Assembly (NCBI GenBank): GCA_030141605.1
Contig: JAQGDQ010000383.1
Location: 159,409 to 223,408, forward strand
From: Tubiluchus corallicola
Taxonomy: Eukaryota; Animalia; Priapulida
Length of the DNA: 64,000 nucleotides
Direction of reading: 5' to 3'
Below the pieces are notes generated by a model that saw nothing but the letters and a program-made list of their open reading frames with translations, was not told where the DNA came from and made no database searches. This document shows, piece by piece, positions 1 through 12,900 of this stretch. Position 1 is the first letter of the stretch. Each line of letters begins with the position of its first letter. The translations under genes were made by a program, and so were the position numbers.

Positions 1-760
1 TTGATGAAATCATGTTAACGAAGAAAAATATTTGCTGCATGGCACCTTGAAATAATTGCTTGCTAGGGTGCCACAAATGAATGAATAGGAAATGGTTAGG
101 GCTAGTAAACTCGGTAGAATGGAAGAATAGTGAGATTTGGGATAGGAAGAAAGAAGGGAGGAAAGAAAACGAACATACTGTGAGTTTTAAATTGGATAAT
201 TGAAAACAATGTAAAATAGGAAGCCAGCCATTGCGAACTTAGGAACTTAAGATGGTTCTTTTTATGTAGATGTGAGATAAACCTCAGAACACTTGTTTGC
301 TTACTGACATGTTTTTACTAACTTGATGGCGTAATGGTCATGCGAAATTAAACAGTGACGATACCACACTTTTCAAAGACTGTAGATAGTTTTGTACATT
401 TTTGCCTGGGCACCTATTTTATTCCTGTTGTTGCGGACAAAAAGTTTAATAAAGTGCTTGGCAACATTGTAAAATGACATTTTGGGTTCTCAGTGATTGG
501 ATTTGTAAAGGAACTAGGAAACAAATTGTGGTATGTCTTGTGCATACAGATAGATAAATGATTTGTAATTAAGCCTTTCAGAATTAATATGCCACATACC
601 ACAGAATTAAAGGCAACATTGGTACGTTTAGATAAGTTACTAAATATCTAATATAATACCTTTAGATAAGTTATTAAATATCCGAGTAGTATTAAAAATG
701 TTAGTATTCTTATAAACTTTTTTATGCCTATATAATGTTGTTAAATTGGATGTTGCAAAA
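1..760 (-). mobile_element. Degraded CR1/L2-type LINE 3' fragment
   Basis: Diverged copy of 1355-2040; ORF 414-602 (HKTYHNLFPSSF) matches the ORF2 C-terminal region. Confidence 0.6.
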
Positions 761-954
761 AGAGTATAAGGGAAACGTGCAAATTTGCTTGCACTTGCTC
801 ACACGATTACAAAGGACATGTTATATTTTTGTGTACTTATTTTCATGGTGACTTAATAATTAACACCCTCAAAATTTGGAAATGCTGTTTACTTAAGGAT
901 TTCTGAAGCTTACCACATTAATAGAACCATACAAAATGTAAGTTTTAAACTTAC

Positions 955-3900
955 TGGCAGGCTACTTTGCAGCCACATTTTTCGTCTTCTGGATGAGTAT
1001 TGTCAATAATTGCTTTTGAACAAGCAAGTGCAGCTGAAAAAATCAAGTAAAATTAAAAATGACGCAGTGACAAAGAACGACTTTGAATTAAGTACAACAA
1101 TGGTGACTGCTAGCAGCAGCAGCAGCAACGACGACGACACCACCAACAACAGCAGCTGCAGGAACAAAGACGACGACGACAACAACAACAGCGACAACGA
1201 CAGCAACAACAACAACGACGAACGACGACGACAACAACAACAACAACAGCAACAACAAATCAAATCAATTTATTTTACTCCAGCAATACATATACAGTAC
1301 AAAACATCAACATACAATATGATTAAAAATAAACAGTATAGGCAAACAAAACATTGATGAAGTCAAATTAACCAAATAAAAGAGTTGTTGTATGACACCT
1401 TGAAAGCTTGGCTTGTTAAGGTGGCACAAATGAGTGAATGAAAGAATGGTTAGGGCCAGTAGACATGATGGAATGGAAAAAAATAGTGAGGTCAGGGATA
1501 GGAAGAAGGAAAAGAGGAGAGGAAACGACCACAGTGTATGTTTAATTTACATAGAGCTATATTAAAATAGTATTATAATTGATTGGAAGCATTAAAATTG
1601 TATTATAAGTATGAATCAAAAATGGTTCTTTTCAAGTACTTTTTGAAACTATAAATAGCTTTGTGTATTTTTACTTGGGCACATTTTACTCCAGTTGTTG
1701 GGGGCTGCGAATTTAAAAAGTGCCTGGCACTATTAGTACGACAGTAAGGGACATGATATTCATTGAACCTTGTAAAGTAATATTTAGGATTTGCTGTAAT
1801 TGGATTTGTAAAGGAAGTGGGCAACAAGTTGTAGTATGTCTCGTACATATAAATAGACAAGTGATATATAATCAAGTCTTCGAGAATTAATATACCACAT
1901 TCATTAAACAAGGACATACCAACAGTGGTACGTTTAGATAAATTGTTTAATATTCTTATAAACTTTCTTTGATGCCTAGATAAATTTACTACATTGGATG
2001 GATAAGATGTACCGAATATAATGCAGCAATAAATTATCATTCAGTTTGTCTCATCGAGACCTTTCATTTGATACACTACTAGGTAGTTTCGGTCGACATT
2101 GGTAGGCATTTGTCTCCTCGACCCCTATTTTGCCCCATAGCGGGGTCGCAGGATAACTATTCTCATTGTAACCTATGCCATCCGATCTGTCTCATCAAGA
2201 CCTTTCATTTGATATGCTACAAGGTATCATTGTTAACACTCAGTGCACTTCTGTTCCGGACCCCCATTTTCTGTGTGTTTGCCCCATGGCGGGTTCGCAG
2301 ATTAGCTATGCACATTGTAACCTATGCCACTCGATCCGCCTCATCGAGACCTTTCATTTGATGTGCTACAAGGTACCATTGCTCAACACTCGATGCACTT
2401 CAGTTCCTGACACCCATTCTTCGGTTTTTGTCCCCTAGTTGGGTCAGAGATCAACCAATAGCTGAGTAATTATTACCATTCAATTTGTCACACTGAGACC
2501 TTTCATTTGATATACTACAAGCTATTTCCAGTTGACAATGAAAGGCATTTCTTTCCGCTACCCCTATTTTGCTCCCTAGCGGGGTCGCGGGTTAACTATT
2601 GTCATTGTAAGCTATGCCGTTCGATCCGTGTCATCGAGACCTTTCATTTGGTATGCCACAAGTTACCATTGCTCAACACTTAGTGCGCTTCTGTTCCTGA
2701 CCCCCGTTTTTCGGTTTTTGCCCCTAGCGGAAAATTTTGCCATACGCGCACATCCCATATTTTGTGATGTGCAAGGCCGCAACACCTAGCAACATACCAA
2801 ATATTGTGGCCCTAGCTCAAAAACTATGGGAACAGAGGGATCATAAAGAAAAATAAATAAAGACCCGCCCGCTCCGTGACCTTTGACCTGGCCACTCCGG
2901 TTACATGTATACGTATATAACTTTGCCCAGAAAGTGCACGCTGTGAGTTGTCAGTCCCCAGCTCTCAGCATGTAAAAGGTCTGCAATTGGGGGACCATCT
3001 TTCCCACGGTGCCCAAATACTTGTGAAAAAAATTGGAAAAAACCGAAAGCCGTAGGAGGAGATGCGACCTAAAGGAAAAATTGACCAATACCCACTGCCC
3101 TTTCCCCGTTGGCCAGTGGTCACGGGTTGCCACACTGCTCTACGTCCCCCACCCAGGGCTACCAACCCTGTGAGTTTGGTGACCCTAGCTTGCAAGGCTT
3201 AAGAGCTATTAAGCGTTAAAGTGGCGGAGAATAAATAAATAATAACTGAATGATAAACAGTAAGATTTTGCTATAGCAAAATTGTGAAAAAAAATTTCTA
3301 TAGCAAAATCTTAATTATATTTTTAACCCACCTGCTCTGAATCATTTCGAAATTTAAGTAGCGTTTACGTAGCATCCGGATATGCGTTTCCACCTGCGGA
3401 ACAGATCCAGAAAAAATCAATTTGAAAAACAATATAACGCACCACCAAAACGCATGCGCATCAGGATGCTACGGAAACGCCACTTAATACATACCTTTAT
3501 TTCTGCGTTCGGTCATATAGAAAATTTTAGACCAGCCATATTTGTCACTTTTAATTGCATATTTCTCAGTTTTCAAAAAAATACTAAATTATTAGATAAT
3601 ATTAACGTATATGTACAAATAAGATAATAATTAATTTCAAACGCTTATTATTGTGGGTTCATGATCAAAATATCAGTGCCATAATGCGGATTGTTAAGCG
3701 AAGTGAAAATGGCGGCATTTTTGTTGTGGAAAAGTTCGGCCTATCTTGTTGCATCCAGTAAATTCATTTTAAAGATTTCAAGGAATTCTTGGACCTATTT
3801 CAGAATATTAACACGTTTAAAAGATATTTAGAAAGTTAACTGCACAAGGTACATACCAGCGTTTGTGCACACGGTGTGATACTGTAAGACGCTTAAAAAT

Positions 3901-6900
3901 GCGTAAGAATAATGAATACATCCACACGTTTTTGCCATTTCCTCTATACTGCAGCTCACCCCACAAGCCTTAAAACATTAATAACATCATGATTATTATT
4001 TAAGTAACGATGTATGGGTCATTGCATAATGCATAATGCAATTATCCATAATATGAGTACGTTCTCTGAATGAATTACTGAATGAATGCTGTAAAGTTTT
4101 AAATACGGTATCTGAACAGACACAAACATGATCTGCTTCAATGTCATATCATTGCGAAGCAGCAGCATCAAACTCTTAACGCCATGAACAGAATTAAAAA
4201 GAAAATGAATCTGGCAGACGGCAGGTCATCAACTAGGATGGCCTATTTTCTTTTAGAATTCTTCATTGCCGTCTAAATTTTATGGGCCCAGATATGTCGC
4301 TTTTTCCACTGATTTAAAACGATCAAATTTTCTGAATTCAAAAAGTGCTTTACCTTTAAACTGTAACTGTCATTTGGAAAATATTTGGAAATTTTTTCTT
4401 TTGCTTCTTCAACTTTCGTACAGTTTCCGTGCGGAGGTATAACTCTCTTCAGTTCAGTCTGAAAATTTTGTTGAAATTTCATTCTTACTGGTATGGTTCA
4501 GTTTGCAAAATGGGATTCTTTTAGTTTGCTCTGTCAGTTGGAACTCAATAAAATGGAATGATAAATAGCAATATGGCACCTACATTGACAAAATAAAACA
4601 GTCAATTCGACCCCATACCCATATTTTATTTAGTAAGAAGCGTTATAGTAAGTTGCTGTGATATTGTAGTGCAACGTTTTTTATTTTAACCATTTAGTTG
4701 ACCTCGGCAATACCTGAACTGTTTTTGAACTGACAACAAAGCTTGAAATTTTTAGTCTTCATACAGTACTTTCCACTTATGATAGAAATGTTAGTGTTTA
4801 CTGTTGGTGATATTCTTACTGACATTCATACTGTAAGAACGGAAAATTATTTGTTCATTGGTATCCCAAAGCATGTCGAAACTACTTTAACAAGACCTCT
4901 TATTAGCGCTCGTAAATTTGCAATTGAAATCGGTAGATATCATAAGCCGATTAAAAATAACCGTATAATACGAGTATGTAAAAATTGTTTGAATAAAGTA
5001 GAGGCTGAATTAGATGTAATTACTGAATGCGCATTGCTTGCTCAATTAACAGAAAAACGTTTTGGTAATCTTTCTGATTTTTGTACTAACGTGCAGTATA
5101 TGTCTCCTAATAAAAAGTTTGTGTTTTTAAATTCGTCACAAGATGCAGAAGTTATAAAAACTGCTGCTTGACTGGTCCAGAAGATCGTTGTTTGCTGACA
5201 AGCCTGACTGATTAGTTACAATAATTATATGATATCAAGACTGTTTATACGTATATATGTTGCTTTGTTGTACGAGTTTATATGCTTGAACCATTATGCC
5301 AAAGACGTGTGGTTTCTTATAGCATTATTGTAGTCTGTTCCGTTTTCATGTTAGGTGTATACAGTTTTTCTCTTCTGTATTCTGTTCCTCAGTTCACCAA
5401 ACAGTATCATACTCCTGGTGATATTATACGTGGTTCAATTGTGACTGTCTAACGTGATCATCCTTGTGATTATCCTCTATGTGAATAGTAATTTGACTTG
5501 ACTATATACGCTATACGTTAGTAGGTCTTGCAAGAAAACTCGCAAATGTGAACGCGCGCAATAATCCTATAGCGTCAATGTAATTGGGAGTGTGAGTACT
5601 TGAAATATTTCATCAAAACCGTCACGTTTTTTACGTGCAGTGCCTCATTTGCCGTCACAGATGCCAAAGCTTTCAAAGGGACAGGGAAGAAAGAACTATA
5701 CCCTCCTTTGCCTAATGCAGCTCCACTGATGTTTACAATTATTACGCCAGTGAATACTACACATGTGAGATATTCAACTTATCACGTGCTTGTTTGACAA
5801 ACTTTATATTAATCAAATAAAATATTAAACTATTATATTAAATGATTTAGTTATTCATTTCATTACTATACAGTTGAACAAACAAGCAAGTGGTAATAAA
5901 GATTTTACAATAGCAATATAAAATGACTATGGAACGAATCCTTAATAAATTGAAATTTTTGAAGCCAAACTTACTTGAAAAGCAGTGTGCGAACCTTATC
6001 GTGATAAGGTTTTTGCATTGCCTAGATTTGAATGAAATACCGTTTGCTTACCAGGCAGACGCCATAACCGCTTGTCTGTCCTCAGCGGTCACAATAGGCT
6101 CTAGTTAATCCTTATAACTAATTACAACGAGTTAAATTAATTTTATTTGCTTCCTTTAGAATCCGAAGTTTTCCATAGTAGTTAATAAATGTTTCTGATA
6201 TGGTTTTTGGCTATTACCACTTTTACTGCAATGGATGTTTCAAAGTTGGGTGCAACATCTATTCCCTCTTGTATCGGAAAAGGCGTGTTCCTTTGGTCAT
6301 GAACCACGATTCGAAATCCAGCTGCATTAGCAATTTGACCAATGTAATTTTGTTGATTTAAAAACAGCGTCAACTTTAGACCTATATAAATAAAAACGTT
6401 GAAATGATTAATAATCTCAATTTAATTATTCTTGTCAGTTTAACGGATAAACTGGTAATAAAACAAGTACAGCACGGGAAGGCCTATATTTCTTTCGACG
6501 AACCATTTTGAGCACCTTTTGGTGAAAGAAATATACAACTAAAATCTAGGTTAAAGTAAAATTTTTTTCTGGTTCCGGGCAAACTCTATCGTTCAAAGTA
6601 CATCTTGTGTAAAACAGCAGAATGAGTCCTTGTTCTCTGGCTAATAAGAATAAGAATTTATCTTTTACATGGATACATTACAAATAGTTTTAAAAGCTAT
6701 TATTTCCATAATGGTCCATGATTGTTAGTAGGTAAGAAGCAGTATATGTTAGACAGATATATTAATGACAACCGTGAAACATATGCACAATTATTTACTA
6801 TAAAATTTTTAGCCCCAATAAAATCATGCTTGTTTTAAATTAAATTAATATTGTTAAAACCCTTAGGTTTACGTAAAAGTTACAGATAAAATAGAAAATT

Positions 6901-9900
6901 TTATACGCATAAAAAGTTATTATATATATTCATGTAAATGATATATATTCTAAACATAAAGATAAGAGTAGTGTTTGGTAAAATTAATTTTATTAACATA
7001 AAATCAGGCAGGTAAGTTAATGGAGAAAAATCAAAAGCACCCGTTACTGTTGTAATTTTTTTGGAGCAGTCTCGTTTTTAGTTCACTATAAGTTACGGTA
7101 AATCTTAATTCTTCGTCTAAATTATTGTACAAAACAGCCCCAGGATAATCCAGCGAAGCATTTTTGTAATCAGCTCGTGGTTTGGAAACAAGTAGTTAAC
7201 CGCACTTGCTAGTCTGTTATTGTAAGTTACATGCTTTCTTCGAAATTTTCGTTGGATTTTGCGGAGTGCCCTATGGCCTAAAACTGTAGTTTTGTTAAAT
7301 TCTGGTGCCATGTCAGGTGTTGATCAATTATAACGCCAGTAAATATTTGCGGTTGTTCCTGTTCTACAGTTTAATCTTCAATAACGATCTATGTTTCTCT
7401 TTTCGCTGCATGCAAGTTTTTCCGCACTACATATCATACTGTAAGGATGAGCGGATGGTGCTGATACGCCGATTGTCGCATAGTTGAGAAGAAAACGTAA
7501 AACAACAGGTAGTAAGAGTAAAATTACTGAATTAAGTAACACGCCAGACGTCTAATCCATTGTGCTCCATGCCAGTTATCATTGCGGAACAGGTGTTGTG
7601 ATGGAAGACGCACCTGCGCGTCAGCCCACTGAACCGACGGGGCCATTCCATACCAGCTACTTATAGCTGCTATGCAACGCTGATATGCAATGGCTTCGTA
7701 ATGGATAAAACCATCACAATGTAGAGGGGGGGATCGAAAATAAAGGGCATTTCGCCTTCGTAACCATACTTTTGATTTTACTGACATTTAATTTCATTTT
7801 ATTATGGATTATCTATTTACAAATATCGTTAGCGTCGGGTTGGACTTTTTGCTCAATAATTTTTAAGTCTGCATCACCTACATAGACTGTGCTGTCATGG
7901 CATACATTTCTAATGAATATTCTTTGAAACTATTCGGCAAGTCGTTTATCTGTAACAGGAAAATTATAGCCCCCAATATAGATCCGTGTGGCATACCAGT
8001 TTCGATAATTATATAATTCAGATTGTTGCTCCTAAGTTGGGCGCACTGGGGACTATTTGACAAATAGAAGCGGAACCAATTTAAGGCAGTGCCCCGTATG
8101 CCATAACATTTAATCTAAGTTTTTCTATCACAATCTCGTGATCAAGGATATCAAACGCTTTCTTCAGGTCTAAGTAGAGGAGACCTGTAAATTTACTGTT
8201 ATCTATATTATTCAGCCATTCATCTGTGAGTGATATCAGTGCAGTTTCACAGTTATGTTTTTTTCTAAAACCACATTGGTGTTTTGTTAAAAAATAGTTG
8301 CAAAGAGCTAATTCGTGCAGACGTGTTTAAATTTGCTGACAGATGGAGTAACCTGGAAAGTCTTCCCGAGTCCCTCCTTGGGAGGCATGTGCATTCAAAT
8401 TACATGTCAGTCTTGTAGAAAGGGCCTTTTAACTTAATGATATGCTACTTATTGAGGTCTAGTGTCGTAATAGCAGCCCTCTGACATAACGCTGAACATA
8501 GTAGTAATTCTATGTTACCGCTAACACCTCATTTGCTTAATCACCAGGTGCTCGCATCTAATCGCATCTATTCCTGACTTACAGACTGTACAAATGATGA
8601 ATCTATTTAAGAGGAGAAACTTATGGTATAGCAACTTTTGGAAAAAGGGTGAAAATATGCTAAAGGAGTACTGGAAACAATGGAAAGCTCTGTATCTTAC
8701 CAGTCAGCGAAAACGCCATGTGAAGGACATTTTGGCATTCTTTTGCAATCAACGGTATTATAATAACACAGACAACTCATTTAGCTGTCACGGAGAGGTA
8801 TTTGGGCAAAATCATTTATTTAAAGAAATCGTTTAACAAACGGACTTGTTTCTGCTGCCACTGTGCAGCTTTGTTATGGAGACTGGAGTGAAGATTATCA
8901 GGTCTCTTAATTATGTAAATCTCTTTGCAATGCATGGTATGCAGTATGTGTTACTGTCAAGGATTTTTGTTTGTTAAATAACCAAAATAGCCTGTTCTTA
9001 CTTGCAAGTAACGTGGTGAAATCTGGCTTCAATATTAGCGACCTAGTTTTAAATACCTGTCATTCAAGTTTCAATGTGTTCAAAGCAGTGATGACGTGTT
9101 TTCTGTGTAACTCACGACTTGATGCCAAAGATGTATGTATATTTTGTTTAATTTTATTTAGTTATATACTGAAAGTCTCGGATTAATTTCACCTAATGGT
9201 AATTGACATTTTGATAAAAAATCAATTACAGTAGTTTATTAGAAGAATTTGCATTTTATTCCAGATAAAATGTATAATTTTGGGAAATGTCGTCTCAATG
9301 CATGTCAAATAAGAAGAAAAATGACGAAGGGGCATGTGCTGTGATGATGGTGCACGAACAATAAAATATTATACTAAGCAGTACTTGATGACTTTGTTTG
9401 TTTGTCACCATAAAACCAAACAGTTACTATGATTACTTCTTTTCAAAGTATCAGGTCCTGTACCAAATTCAGAAATTGAGACCTTTCAATATAAAGGTTA
9501 ATGATTATGTTGTATTGATCCCCTGTTTTTATGTGGTAGAAGGAGGAGTTAATTTATGTAAATAAATTTTGTTAGTTCTTTGAAAAAACACTTGAATTTT
9601 ATTAATAAACCTAAATATTACTCATACGGTTCACTTCCTAATTCTATTCACCATACACGACTAAGGGTGGGTTTCTCTCAGTTAAATGAGCATTTAAACA
9701 GCCACGATTGTAGAGATGTTACGTATATTTTCTGATAGATTTGTTTTTCCTGTTAAACTGCACTCCTGTAAATTTTGCCGCCTGAGGCAAGGCAATCAGC
9801 ATTTATCGAAAAAATGTTTACAAAAAAAAGTTGCTGTAGTGATTGCTCACATTGATTTGTAGTAATTTATGGCAAAGATTGCTCCTATTGATTTTGACTT

Positions 9901-12900
9901 ACTTTTTCTTTTGTTTTTTTAAGTAGTGCTGACAAGCCTCTGGCACAGTAGAGTCTAGCTTTTGCTGGATTAACTGCTGAGTTTATTTTACAATTCTGCT
10001 TGTCCAATGTCTGAAGACGTAAATTGCGTATGACGATAATTATGAAGAAAATAATTTTTACAACAATTTTTAAAGAGATTTCTACAATGGTATTGGCACT
10101 CGGAGGCCACAGAATTTACAGTGTCTCCTGGGTTTGTGGATTAGCTACTGCTGCAGCTGCTCTCTTGAGGGCAGGTTTCTTGTTAAACTGAAATTGTCTG
10201 TTGCCTGTTCAATTGGCATTTGACGATGAAAAAATTGCCAAGAAGATATATGAGTAGGCATGTAGCCAACTATGGTCTCTTCACAACCTAATTAGTAGTA
10301 ATGGAGAAAACTGGCTAAAGATTTAACATAAGCCATACATACCTTGCAAATCGCCAGCCTGCTTCGAAATCTCTATGTTGGATCCGTTCTTAAAGCCAGA
10401 GTTAAACGTGAAACAATTTCCAAGCACAGGATCGTAAAAATAGTAAAAATGCCTACGTATAAATATTTAAAGTTAAATTTAAATTCATTAGTTTTGATAA
10501 TTACAGTTTCTGATTACTAATTAGTCAAAGACTTTAGTATCATATTGTTTTGATTGCACTGTTCAATTAACATCAGAAATCATTTCAAATTCAAGTTGTG
10601 ACGTATGATAATTTATGATGATCACATTAATCAGCAGAAGGTAACAGTGAAATAAATATAGATGCAGTGATAAATTTTGTGATTAACGCGATAGCGATTA
10701 GGAATACGATGACAATGACGACAAAAGCAATGATTAACATGATAAAAACCACGGTTCTGAAATACTGCAGCCGATTTCTTGTTAAACTTAAATGTAATTT
10801 ACAATACTTGTTGAAATCACATGGACGGCCTCTCCAATTGCATTCTAAAATCGTCTCCTCATATGATGAACCTAGATATTTTTTTTCTGCTGCAGTGAGA
10901 TTTAGTAGATGAATTCTGCTCATGAACGCATCCAGTTGTTGTTTGCTACTAGCGTCTCCAGCCAGCAGAGATGTAAATCCTTCGTAGTCGCTCTCATAAT
11001 ATTCAAATTCGTAAAAGTCGTCAATATCCTAAATGAATGACAATTTCTAGAGTTATCTAACTGTAATCAACAAAGGAGCAGGCTTGCAGTTACAACTAAT
11101 CAGGCCAAATTACCCAGTTAATTTTATCTCACTGTCTACTGAAGTTCCGACACTTTATTAATCGTAAAAAAACGTTGAATGCCCTTGTTGTCTCAAAATA
11201 GATATTTTTATTTCTTGCAGAAGCTTTCACCCTAACGGGCTTCATCAGCTGCACAGACCGTGCTACTAACCTGAGTTTAGTAGATTTTTGAGGTTAGCAG
11301 CACGGTCTATACATATGAGGCCCGCTAGGGTGAAAGCTTCTGTAAGAAATAAAAATAACTATTTTGAGACTACAAGTGCATTCAACGTTTTCGTGCGATT
11401 AATAAAGTGTCGGAAGAGCAATAATAATACGCTGCAATGTTTAGCGCTTATCTGCTATAGGATATTGATATTAAGATTACTGAATTAAAGCTTACCCTCT
11501 TGCATCAAAGAAAAAAAGAAATTAAACACAATATTTCTGTGTTTAATGTCAAAAACCTATTCACATATTAAACGTTTTGATTGAGGAAAGTATTCCAAGG
11601 GCACACAATATTCGGAACTCGAGAAAATTCAGACTGCCATCTTTATAGGTGGATTATTGTCAAAAATCTGGCATCAAGCATTAATTTTTCATGCTGTGAA
11701 TTCATACTCCTTGCATAAACACAATAACACTATAATTGCAAGTGTTCAAGCCCTAGATCCGCCTTTCCCATGATGGAGGGGAAAAGTATTTTTGTTATTA
11801 GGTCATTGTAAATTTTTCACGTTTAGCTAACTCACATTCTCCCATTATACTATAGCCTATATCCTTGTTCATCCTTTCCCCTTCTGGGAAGGGAGAGTCA
11901 TTTCTGGTCTATGCCCGAAAATTGTCGCTCAATCAATAGTTGCAATTGTTCGAATCATTGATCCGCCCTCTCCCTGGAAGGATCAAAATCATTTTGTCAA
12001 TGTTGGATCGCCAGTAGGTGACACGTCATTCTAGTTCCTCGTGCTGAACTGATGGATTCTCCCACTATACCTAATATCCTGGATCCTTCCTCCCTCCTTA
12101 GCTCCCTTGGAAGGGGATAAAACTCTTTTTGTCTGTGTTGTGCTGTCAGTAGGTGACCGACCACTTTATTTGCTGGTAAGGCTGTGGAGATTTCTACTGG
12201 TTTATCACTGTTCTGGATGTGCACTTGTGACTGACTTTGATCTTGACCACCATCTTGTCCCAAAGTTACCTCACACCAAAAATTTCAAGGTACCTCCAAG
12301 TGGTTTGGGTATAACAGGCTTTAACTCAAATTGTCTACAACGGACGACGCACGACGGACAACAGATGGCACTGCATGACCGCATTGGGACCTTAGACTTG
12401 GAATGTCACGGAACCTACAAGTGATAAATATGATTTACCTCTAAATATTCAATTAATTCTTCGCTGGAAACACTTTCGGGTAAAAACCACGCGGCATTAA
12501 AGCCATACTCTTGTTTTAGCTTCTCTAGTAGAATAGCGTTTTTGTTGCAAACTGTTACTGCAGGAAATTGTATGCTCTCATGTAATAACTTGGTTGTCAC
12601 TGTAGTTGGAAACTGAAAGAACCTGGAATGGTGAAAGAAAATTTAAGTCAAACTAAGCACGCACTTACTGTAATTATAAGCTTTTATAATTTGAAATCCT
12701 ATTCTCATTACGAATATTCAATTTATTTTATGATAAAATTACTATAAAGGTTGCTTCTTTTGATTTTCTATCACTTCGTTGTTAGCAGTAATAAATTTGA
12801 ATGTCTTCCATTTTTTCGTTGCACAAGACGAATGACGTAATGAGTGCAATCACGAGGTCACCAAAGATCGGCGGTAAACAAACATCAGTAACTCCTGTAC

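Noticed and set aside
5923-6108. Extra channel exon(s) or a plus-strand ORF
   Set aside because: Exon 5 splices cleanly to 4458 with the expected motif order. The region is a small imperfect palindrome (about 5982-6021).
8340-10260. Decayed spliced transposase-like region in channel intron 4
   Set aside because: Some frames look coding but contain many stops, and I recognise no diagnostic motif or termini.
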